A DNA stretch of 63,064 nt, the filler included, from Collodictyon triciliatum (lineage: Eukaryota), in the NCBI GenBank assembly GCA_043381765.1. It is 5 parts of 5 records of this genome, joined end to end, with 100 filler letters (N's around TTAATTAATTAA, not from the genome) between each part and the next. Parts side by side here need not be neighbours in the genome. Positions count along the whole stretch, not along the records: positions 1 to 17,664 come from JBHJMP010001430.1; 4 more parts are not named here. The stretch is one strand, 5' to 3'. The position numbers and the translations under genes are program-made. Every line of letters begins with the position of its first letter. Position 1 is the stretch's first letter. A model generated the notes under the pieces. That model saw only the letters and a list, made by a program, of their open reading frames with translations, made no database searches and had not been told where the DNA came from. Positions 1 through 9,822 of this stretch are shown one piece after another.

Positions 1-1513
1 CAAGAGCAGCGCATCTCCAAACCCCGAAAGAAATCCCCCCTTAAACTACCCATTCAGACTGACGTGAATATGGTTAACATAGGAGGCAACAAGGCAGTCT
101 TTGTTACTTATCCGAAAGGATACTCCAAAGCGAAGGCAACACAAGAACCAGCGCCCACCAAAGATAGTCCGTTTATCCTTTCCCAGCCTGTCGCACCGAG
201 AACCAAGGAGCAAGAGCAAACACCACAAGTCGAATCCAAGCTTGGAACTTCACACACCAATGACAGTCCGAGCAAGCAGAGCGTATGTTTCTAAAACCAC
301 AAACGCGTATCCATACTCCAGTTAAGCAAAGTCAATTGCCGGCTACGCATGTTTCGGAACCAGGGGACGGTCAAGCGCCACTTCCGATAATACCAGACAA
401 ACAACGATGTATCGCTTTTTGTCTGAATCTCCAAACAAGAATCGCAAGGAAAGTGACCCGTTGTCCCCTCAAAAGACTCATCCTGTGGAATGAAATAGGA
501 TGTAAACCCTGTCTGAGATAGACGGTTGAATGGTCTCGTTGGAATCGATTTGAGAAGTAACTGCCATGTGCGTACTTTCATCGACCTGACAACTTTATCC
601 GCTCTTCTGTCAGTCTCGAATACAACCAGAAATCGCGTTGGAGCTCAACCTCGGGTAGAATAGACTGCGTGTGAAAACACTATCTCTCTTTTGTGTTTTC
701 TTTTTCTTTCCTTCCAAAACACAAAAAATCCAACCACACAATCCGGGGTTTCCACTGTCTTGTCCACAGCTCATTTGTGTGCGATAGGCAGAGGTAATTA
801 CTCAATTCTATTATTCTCTCCATTAAATATTACAAAAATGCAAAATAATAATATCATCAGTAAATCTTATGCAATTCACCACCCACACTTTATGTAATAT
901 ATTATGATTTGTAATTTGTCTATGTGATTTAATCAAATACCTCAGTTTGATGCACCTCCTACAGAATATTCAACCCCTGCTTCCCACACAACCAATCAAC
1001 CAGTTGGAACGCCCACCTGACCAATTCGCTATCACTGATTTCTTTCCAGTGCTAGCCTCTCCACAGTAGCCTTCTCTGCCAGTCTATGTGCCGTCCTCTG
1101 TGTCCCTTCCACGCCGCGCCATCTGCTTCCATTTTCGATGGTGACCGTCTGCCCAATAATTACACCCCAACTACTTATACACCACAGGCCTTTCTCACTA
1201 TATAATCTTCCTCCACTAAAAAAAAAGAAGATAAAAAATGAAAAAGAATCCCCTCCAACTTCGGTACTTGCGTAAGTACCAAACCTTTTCTCCTCATCCC
1301 ACGCCATACATGGCCCGTCTATGCCATATCCGGCCTCTCCGCAACACGTGCTGTCTCATACGACCTTAACCCAGACCCAGCCTCAATCCTGGCCCTGTAA
1401 GGCACAGATATAGGCACATGATATTCATACTATGGTGGGTGTCCCTAAATAACTAAAAAAATAAAAAAAAATAATCCCCAACAAGTCCCAACAATCGATG
1501 AAATGTTTTTTTT

Positions 1514-3177
1514 TTGTACGCTTTAAAGGCAGTCAGAGTAGTTTCACAGGATAGCCCCACAAGTTTAAAACATCCAGATACAAGTAAAGACATGATGGTT
1601 TTGCATCTCAATGATTTTCGATTCCTTTTGTCCCGAGAAGAACGCTTTCCGTTGGTTGGATTGTCTCATTTATTATGGTACTTGGCGAAGCAAATGTTAA
1701 CAACTTATTTTAATAACATTAAGTAACATTTTGTAAAGAGGTTACTGCGCTTTATAAATAAAACAGTACCTAAGGATCAGAATATGACGGAAGCTATTAA
1801 AAAGGCAGGGTTACGAAAGTTAAAAAAAACCATCTTCAAGAAACTCGAAATACCGGAAATATACAAAGAATGGGCTACAACGCACTTGCATCATATCATT
1901 CCCAGCGATATTGTAAAAACTATCGAATATGACGCCAAAGTCAGTCCAAACAAGTACAATACCATCTCTGATTTACATGAATCGCATTTTTGAGGACATT
2001 GGAACCAACCCAGTTCAACCAATCCCTATAAGAACTAACTATACATCATGTCATATTACTCTAGATACTGCATGTTTGATAGGTATTAGTATTATCTGGA
2101 AAACCATCATTACTGAAGAATATATAAGGATGCAAAGAGACACTGTGGAATAAAATCTTTGAAATGAAGAAGAGGGTCTTTCATCAAAGAGACTACAATT
2201 TCAAATACATGATACAAACAGACGGCTTGGCGGTGTCATTACTATTTGAAAAGAAAGGTATTTCAAATTCAAAAATCCAAATACAATAAAAAAAAAACCC
2301 CCAAGAATATGTTTATATAGATGACCTTTCCGAAGAGCAGTTATCTTTATTAGCGACAAAAAAATAGTTGGAGTGGACGCAGGCAAGTTTAATTCGGTTT
2401 ACATGATGGATGAGACAGGTAAGAAATTACGTTACACGGCACACCAAAAAAGAAGTGATAGCAAATCTCTTAAAAATTACAAAATACTCTTGTGCAAGAA
2501 AAGAAGTACAATTATTCAGGGATATGCATGACACCAGATATAGAAAGTGCTGTTTCTTTTTTCCCCTGACTTTTGAAGTGAATCAGCGGTTTGAGACATT
2601 AAGAGTATCTTTTAATCGATTTAGAGACAGAACTGTGTAAACATAATTCATGCACGGTCGATTATGAAAAATTTCGAGAATATGTACCTATGACATCAAG
2701 ATACCAGATAGAATTTTCCAGATTTTATAAACACGTAACTTTTCGAAAGATGAGATGGAGACAGTATGTTGATACAAAAAGAAGTGAAGAATTGTTTATG
2801 GACCGAATCGAAAAGACGTTTGGCAAGGATGTTGTACTGGCATATGGAGACTGGAGCAGAAAATCTCCGATGAAACCATTTTATGCCAATAATCGGAAGA
2901 GGATTACGAAAAATACTATCCAAACATTTTGAAACAGTTCGTGTAGATGAATTTAGAACCTCTAAGATGTGCTGCAACTGCGAAAAAGAGCTGGAATATA
3001 TGAAACTGAAAGGAAGTTCAAAAAAGTGTGTATAGATGTCTCATATGTAAAGAATGCAATCGCTCAGAAAGCAAACAAAGTGTATTCTTGACAAGGGACT
3101 TTAACAGCGCTAATAATATACTCAAGAAAGTTCTTTTATTCCTTCAAAATATGCTTACGCCCTCCTCTAAAAAATAG
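1514..3177 (+). pseudogene. Decayed Fanzor1 (TnpB/IS200-IS605-derived RNA-guided RuvC endonuclease), 5'-truncated, with an in-frame stop and several frameshifts
   Basis: Joining frames by hand gives YLAKQMLTTYFNNIK*HFVKRLLRFINKT ... YDAKVSPNKY/LIYMNRIFE..QPIPIRTNYTSCHITLDTACLI ... LWNKIF..YMIQTDGLAVSLLF ... IVGVDAGK (RuvC-I Asp, GAC 2376-2378) ..LRYTAHQ.. NSCTVDYEKFREY ..FRKMRWRQY..RIEKTFG..VLAYGDWS..GRGLRKILSKHF..VDEFRTSKMCCNC (RuvC-II Glu 2949-2951 plus CxxC) .. CLICKEC .. TRDFNSANNI (RuvC-III Asp 3097-3099). The motif order matches Fanzor1. TAA at 1724-1726; frameshifts near 1958, 2090, 2290-2360, 2880 and 3025. Confidence 0.9.
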
Positions 3178-3182
3178 ACTGT

Positions 3183-3340
3183 CGAATCTTTCCAGGCAAC
3201 CTTCACCACTACGCAATCTTCGTGAATAAAATGGTGAGACCTTGGATACTAGCGCACCAGGTCAACCAATCGAAAGATTTGTGTATCCCTTCTGGTACAA
3301 GATATAAATGTCAAGTGTAACTAAACGGAGAAAGCAAAAA
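3183..3340 (+). ncRNA. Candidate Fanzor omegaRNA scaffold / element right end
   Basis: Starts just after the Fanzor stop. AATCTTTC (3185-3192) pairs perfectly with GAAAGATT (3272-3279). Inside it, CCAGG (3192-3196) can pair with CCTTGG (3240-3245) with one bulge, and TCACCA (3203-3208) pairs with TGGTGA (3232-3237). A further hairpin TGTA(T)CC..GGTACA lies at 3282-3299. This position is where TnpB/Fanzor guide RNAs are encoded. Boundaries are approximate. Confidence 0.5.
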
Positions 3341-3474
3341 AAAATTTTTTTGTTTCGTTTCATTTCTGATTTATCATACATTTCTCTCATAGACTTATCC
3401 GTTTACTTCTTTGCTTATTTGTTAATTATTTCTGTCAATTTGTTTATCCATTTATTTATTCATTCATTAGTTTT

Positions 3475-5753
3475 TCACAACTTCCGGCGGATGATGAACT
3501 CGGACATGACATTGAGCAATTCAGTGATCTCCTAGTTATGGCTACCTTCAGTTGTTTGACAGCACTGACTTTAAAAAACGAATATATAATTGTTTGCTGG
3601 AATTTTGCGTTTGCTTTTGACTTTTCTCTTTATTATTATTATCATTATTTGTTTGTTTGTTTGTTTGTTTGTTTGTTTGTTTGTTTGTTTCTTTGTTTGT
3701 TTCTTTGTTTGTTTGTTTGTTTGTTTGTTTGTTTGTTTGTTTGTTTGTTTGTTTCTTTGTTTCTTTGTTTCTTTGTTTGTTTCTTTGTTTGTTTCTTTGT
3801 TTGTTTATTTGTTTGTTGGTCTAGAATGTGGGCGATTGGATAATTATTTCTGTTCCAATCACTTCACAGACAAACCTTTCTGCCCATGTTGTTCAAGTGC
3901 GACTTTGGAAGATTGGAGATGCGCAGGAACGGCAAGTCAGTCTTCTTGATTGATTCATACAAATACCGCTCCGAGTAAGGAAGAGTATACCGTTGGTCGA
4001 GTCTGTACCGATGTTATGAAGGTTATGTTTTTGAGGGGGTTTGGTTGAAGAGGCGATAATTTTAAAAAAAATGAGTTAAGAATCAGCGCGGTGAATGAGA
4101 TGAAATACAAATTTCCAGTTCCATATTCTGAAGATATCATTCAATATATTATTCTTCTGGTTCATTCGCAACTTTTATCGTATAATCAAGAAAAATAAAC
4201 CATCTTGGAACATATCTAAGTTAACTAAACCCATATTTCACCCCACCTTGTACCAACTATAATCTTAACCACATCAGGAGACATGTTTGAGTTTTTTATC
4301 TGTTTGAAGGAATGCTTTTTAAAAGATTTTTGTTCTGTACGGAGCTTATGTGAATAACAGCGCGATTTATACAAAAAAAAATTCACTTGGTCGTTATGAA
4401 ATTGATTTTTCAGTCCAGTTTGATGCACAGTTTTTCGTTTACAATCATTTCACTGGTATTTTTGACACGTGTATGAAAAGCATACTAGTTTCGGAAGTGA
4501 ATCGAGACTATCTTTATCTTGCAGTGAAAAGCAGAATAAGCAAATATCCACATCATAAAGCATCGACTTGCGTAAATATTCGTAACGTTGCAGTGCAAGA
4601 GTTCCACAGTCCCAGAAGTGAAATCGAAGAAGGGACACCTGCCCATCCATCGAAAGCTAGTATGGTTCGAATGAAAAATGTTGATTATTATTTTTTAACT
4701 AAAAAAGGGAAATTAATTTATGAAAAGTGTATTTTGATACTCTATATAGCACAAAACTATTAATTCAAAAATGAATATTCAAATAATCATGATATGGAAA
4801 CTTATAACAAAAAAGAATTTCAAAACAAAGTCTCGACGGAGTGAGACTTGGACTAAGAATGAATAAATAGAAAAAAGACACTATAATTTCAGAATGAAGT
4901 AAAAAATAAACAAAAACATGAATCAATGTATTACTTTCACGGGATGGTGACATATCGTCGTTTGCAGACCAGCTGTTTCTGTATGCGATTCAGGCACATC
5001 TGTAAGGAAAAATGGTAATCAACTATTATTGAATATTTGCTTATGTTTGTTGATGTGCTTGTTTAAGATTGATGTGTTTGGAATGGAATCAAGCATCAAC
5101 TTTGCTATTTTCATCGTTTCATGACCTGAGGAAGGAAGCATATGATTAAATGGGCACCATATCCGCAGCAATTCAGGATGGTAGATGTTTTTCCTACTGT
5201 CGCTTTTCCCAGGACAGCAACTTTCACAGATATACTCTTTCCATGCAAATCGGGATACACGTCGATTGACTTGCATAAAAGAGCTGATTTTCATTTTAAG
5301 TTTTGTTTTTGTAATGCTTGTGCACTTACACTTGCGTAAATTTTTGTTTTGATTTGATTTGATTTGATTTGATTTGATTTGTTATTGGCTGACGTATTAT
5401 CATTAAAAGATGAGAAGGTTCGTAATAAAAAAAAAAAAAACAATAACCATTTAAAAAATGATGATACTTTTACTTTGACATCCCCCAGTGTAATATGATA
5501 GGGAGGATGAATAAAAACCTGAGGCTGTGGGTTGTAATTTGTTGAACAACACGGCATACTCTTCCGATTCAGACCATGCGAGATCGATCTTCCCATGGAC
5601 TTTGTAGTCTGCCAGAATATCTCTGTCTTCCGCTTCTTCCTTGGAAAGATGCGTGATTGTTTCCTGCGCATGGGCGATGTCGTCCTCCTCCAGGTCCTGG
5701 ATCATCGCAGGTGTGCGCTGTGCATTACCCTGCAGAGCGGCAAACGAGGACAT
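3475..5753 (-). CDS. RSG1: RSG1/CPLANE2-like atypical small GTPase (CPLANE ciliogenesis complex), multi-exon
   Basis: Exons give IDLAWSESEEYAVLFNKL; VKVAVLGKATVGKTSTILNCCG (P-loop); DVPESHTETAGLQTTICHHPVK; GQVSLLRFHFWDCGTLALQRYEYLRKSMLYDVDICLFCFSLQDKDSLDSLP; SPDVVKIIVGTR; TDLPFLRISNLP; EITELLNVMSEFIIRRKL*. These are collinear with RSG1 as I recall it (W-x-ES, HETTGIQTT, FRFEFWDCG, PGVVRMVIGSK, LPLLRV). GT-AG boundaries are visible. Confidence 0.8.
3648..3817. repeat. (TTTG)n microsatellite, degenerate, inside the last RSG1 intron
   Basis: Tandem TTTG/TTTC units seen directly; they produce the spurious FVCL ORFs. Confidence 0.95.
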
Positions 5754-6110
5754 GACTCAAACGAAAGGCTCGAAGAACAGGGATTCGGGTTTATCTTATG
5801 GCCGGGAAAGACCAGCGCAAGAAAACTGGTGGAGAAAGAACAAGGGAGGTATCCGCAAACCATCGCTCTTGGATGAACTTAACCGGGTTGTGCTGTGTCT
5901 GGCTGTGTTTATGTGCGCATTTTTTTAGTTTCTTTTCAGTTTTTTTTTTTTTTTTAATTCATGTTTTTTTAAGTTTTTTTATTTTTATTTTTTAGCTCCT
6001 TTCCAGTTTTTTGGTTTTCTGGTTTTTTGTTTAATGCAGAACGAACTCGACGAATGAATTCCAATGACTATTTTCTTTATTTTCCCTCCTTTGTCAATAG
6101 ATAAGGCGCG

Positions 6111-7766
6111 TCAATGCGAAGCGTGATTAACCATGCTGCTCTGCATCTGCCCCTGGACAAGAAGAGGAATCGCACAAACAAGCCAGGCCATGACGGCAAG
6201 GCGGTCAAGAACGGAGGCCATAAGTCCATGCGAGCTTTTGAAAGTGCGACAGAAGTTGGGGGCAGTAGGGATGAGCTTCGGGTAGGCGATGTAAACAGTG
6301 ATGGGTTTGAGGAGATAGAAAAGCAAAAGAATACCCGTTTTTGTGGGAATGCTCTGCGGTGCGTGATTCGAAAAAACACTCAAGTAAAAGGATGTTCCGA
6401 TAATTGAAATGATGTTGGCCTGGAACTCATACATGAGCAGGAGGCTCCATAGCGAGGTGTTCTGGTAATGCAAAGGGTGCTTCGTGATTGAGGCGATGCC
6501 AAGTAATTTCATGTAGAACTGCCGAGCATCTGGCTGCGCTCCGTGTGGGGCGAGCAGTGCGATATCCTGATGAAAACTTGCTTTTTTGTCACCAAATCGC
6601 AAAGAGAGTTTGGTGGTAATAATAATCAAGGTCAGTTGTGATAGAATCGCACAGAAAGACACAAGTGTAAACCGGGACACGGACGGAAGCGAAAGGATAA
6701 GAGCCACCTTGGTGATGTTGAAAAAACACTCTGTACTCCTTGAGCTCAGCAATACAATCTCCATATATTTCACATTCTTGGCGTATTTACTAGTGTTTTT
6801 GCTCGAAAATAAGGCCGCCAAATCCTTCAAGGCTCGTGTAACTGTGGATTTTACCCCCATAACGCAGCACGGCAAGACCAGGCCACTAACAAAGATAGAC
6901 CATATTTCGGCGAGCACAATACCTTCTGGTCTCCAAACATAGAGAGAAATAGATGCAACAACAAGGATGAAAAAAAAAATAGACATGGCAAGAACCCTGA
7001 TGACTGAGTAGAATAGTATCCGAGTAGCCCGTATCACAGACCTTCTTTTAGGACCAAGCCCTGCGGAAAGCACTCCAGGAGGATATTGATTTTGTTGCTT
7101 CTCAACGTCTTGACTTCGAGGCTCCATCGCTCTGTGATCTGCCCTGTGCTCCTCTTGCCCCACTTGTACCACACTATTCTTTGGGGAATGGAATATAACA
7201 TGAAAGAGACGATTCATAAGAAACATGATAACCCCAGAGACAAACATAGCAACGGATTGCGCAAAGGCTGCTTGCACGGAGGCATTCAAAGGATTGCTTT
7301 TGGTGATATCCTCCGTTCCCATCTTTGCGATAATAGAGTTACACACAACAACGGCAGGGATACAAGAAGTGAGTGAGACAAAGCACAAAGATGCCCAATT
7401 CTTGGATGATATACTACTCTGGAAACACAAGCTTTGCACAAGATTACATGTTACCACGCAAAGGCAAACACAAGCGCTGAAAGTTGGCATGAACAGTTCC
7501 AAAACATTGTGTAAGCCAACTACGCATGGGAGTATGCAGATGCACAGAGCAAGATCACCAAGGATACATCCAACAAACAATCTCCAAAACGACACTAGTT
7601 GAGGGCACCACAAAGGTACGACGCGACTCGATAAGCATGATTTCTGCTCAACTTCGTTTTTGTCATCGTCTGGCATGCCTCGTCCATTGACCGGGCGAGA
7701 TTCAGACTGCATACCTCGGCCAAGCACCCATCTATCGACAATCGGTATAGGAATGAATCCGTCCAT
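6111..7766 (-). CDS. Intronless multi-pass membrane protein of unknown family (551 aa)
   Basis: Long uninterrupted ORF with about 10-11 hydrophobic segments and a polar loop after the N-terminal TM cluster; no motif recognised. Confidence 0.75.
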   Translation of the reverse strand: MDGFIPIPIVDRWVLGRGMQSESRPVNGRGMPDDDKNEVEQKSCLSSRVVPLWCPQLVSFWRLFVGCILGDLALCICILPCVVGLHNVLELFMPTFSACVCLCVVTCNLVQSLCFQSSISSKNWASLCFVSLTSCIPAVVVCNSIIAKMGTEDITKSNPLNASVQAAFAQSVAMFVSGVIMFLMNRLFHVIFHSPKNSVVQVGQEEHRADHRAMEPRSQDVEKQQNQYPPGVLSAGLGPKRRSVIRATRILFYSVIRVLAMSIFFFILVVASISLYVWRPEGIVLAEIWSIFVSGLVLPCCVMGVKSTVTRALKDLAALFSSKNTSKYAKNVKYMEIVLLSSRSTECFFNITKVALILSLPSVSRFTLVSFCAILSQLTLIIITTKLSLRFGDKKASFHQDIALLAPHGAQPDARQFYMKLLGIASITKHPLHYQNTSLWSLLLMYEFQANIISIIGTSFYLSVFSNHAPQSIPTKTGILLLFYLLKPITVYIAYPKLIPTAPNFCRTFKSSHGLMASVLDRLAVMAWLVCAIPLLVQGQMQSSMVNHASH

Positions 7767-8141
7767 TTAGACAACGCCGAAGCAGGTAATAAAGCCAATA
7801 TGTGCCTACTATTGAATTGTTGGTTTGCTACAGTCAAATGAAATACAGACAGGCAGTTCCCCTGTCCTTTTTGTGTCATTATTACTATAACAAAACAAGA
7901 GCGACGGACAGCGGCACGAAGGAGTGTACCGGACAAAACTCTAACAATTATCTGGCTTGTAAATAGGTTTCGATCATTTTGTTGATCATTTACATCTTCA
8001 GTGAGTGTTTATTTGTGTTCCCCGTTCAGCTTTCTCTTCTTTTTTTTTCTTTTATGTTTTGTTTATTTATTTTATATACGTGAGTTCTTGAATTCTCTCA
8101 TATACAATGTGCGAAAAGTTAACATGTAAAGTCCTCTGGTG

Positions 8142-9822
8142 TCATACGATCTTTCTAATTAAGTTGCGTATCAGTTGGTCGAGAACACTGTGCTCATCCA
8201 TAAGTTCTTTTTTTGCAGAGCTTGCGCTGGCTAGTTGCTGAGATTTGTCTAGATTTACGAGAGTTGAGCTAAATCAGATTTGCTTTGCAAAACCTTCGAC
8301 ATCCTTCGCAGTATTAGTTATCATAATCATAATATTGTTGGTAGCACAGAAAATTGATCACAAATATCATTTTCAATTTAGTAGACCATCACACATCAAG
8401 GGATATGCAAGAAAAGTGTTATCAAGGGCATTATGGGGAAATGCAAAAAAAAAAAAAAAAAAAATACATTTCTTTTTTTTTTTTTTTTTTTCATGAGGTT
8501 CGCAATACTACGTTCAAAAATTCATGTGTAGAAAGTTCATACGCCGAACCAAGAGGGAAAGTTTGCTCTCCAATATTGTTAGTTCAGCATTTCCGAGTTG
8601 CGAGTCATCCACTTGTAAAATGAAAAGGAAATGGTGTAAACTGGGGAAGGAAAGTGAGGCAGAGAACAAATATATATACGGAATAAATTTTCAAGACGTG
8701 AATGTCCTTACTACTAAGAAGTTCCGATAATGCATCATCAGTCAAGATACCATCCCCGTATGTCAAATCACCCTCGCCTGTCACATCTGACGGACTTTTT
8801 GGTGACTGGGGTTGGGCGATGAAAGTGTCAGTATTGTCTATGAGCAAACTTGAGTCTTGTAGTTGTTGGAGCTGCTCATGCTTGCAGTTTTTCTGCACCA
8901 GATGCTTTCTCCACCAACGTTGTATGATGAAGGCACTGTAATACATCTGCACACTTTGGTTTGTCATTTTGCTCTTCCTGAATCGTATTTCCTCCTCCAT
9001 TTGGGCTCTTGTACGAAAAAAAAAAACGGCAAATTAGAAAGAATCATATGATAAATAGTAAGGAAAGATAGGAAAATTCGTTCAAATAAGTCAATTAAAT
9101 TAACCCATTTCTTGCATTTGAGTCAAAGAAGAAAATCAATATATCTACCTTTGAACCAAAAAAAGCCCTTCTTCGACCTGGATTTGTGTCCACTTTTCTC
9201 GCTCGCGCTCAGACTCCAGGTACTTTTCATACAGTATTTCGACATAATGCTTTCTTGCCAAATATCCTCGAATATGTTTTTGCAGAGTTATGGCTGCAAA
9301 CTCCTCACGAATCAAACCAGAATTCTTCTCACTATTATTTTCATCTTCCTAAATACAAGAGCCTCAGTTTTAGCATAAATCAGAACATATAAAGGTACAC
9401 ATATACAATTAAAAAAAAAAGAGACTGAAGCATCTACGTAGTGCCAGGCGAATAAAAATATTTCCCATTCTTTCTTTCATCATTTTTTTTTATTTTTTCA
9501 TTCATTTATTTTTATTCATCCGGTTTACGTCTATCACTTTTTGTTTTTAATGGCCCACTTTCATTGGCCAACATGAAGGAAACATAATTTTCTTAGCCTC
9601 GTGTGCGATGCAGAAAAAAAGTGCATGGATGCCCGGCGACTGAAGAATAAAATCATAGCAAAGCAAACGAGAGGGGAAAAGAACAGAAGAAATAAATACC
9701 CGCACAGTCTCTGGAAGAACTTCATCAGCAAGCGCCACGCTATACTTTGAAAAGAGAGCCCGGAGTTCCAGTAGCCTTTGGGCTCTGAGCTTCTCAGCCA
9801 TTTGCTGCGTTGAGTCTTCCAT
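8142..9822 (-). CDS. IQ-motif (calmodulin-binding) protein with short C-terminal coiled coil, multi-exon
   Basis: Exons: MEDSTQQMAEKLRAQRLLELRALFSK; EEFAAITLQKHIRGYLARKHY (IQ1); SAFIIQRWWRKHL (IQ2); last exon ..KKELMDEHSVLDQLIRNLIRKIV*. Internal exon structure is partly uncertain. Confidence 0.65.

Noticed and set aside
1-1440. Short Pro/Ser-rich and Cys-containing frames (possible gag-like relic) and a hairpin GGTACTT-GCGT-AAGTACC at 1263-1280 as the Fanzor left end or partner transposase
   Set aside because: No transposase, recombinase or RT motif could be read, and no terminal repeat matches the putative right end. A 7-bp stem is expected by chance.
3531-3544. Apparent 14-nt GT..AG micro-intron in RSG1 (GTAGCCATAACTAG)
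   Set aside because: More simply explained as the 3' end of the long last intron that starts at the donor near 3870; no micro-intron is required.
8142-8260. Resemblance of the IQ protein C-terminus to the SCHIP1 coiled coil (IQCJ-SCHIP1-like)
   Set aside because: Only generic heptad similarity; not enough to name the gene.
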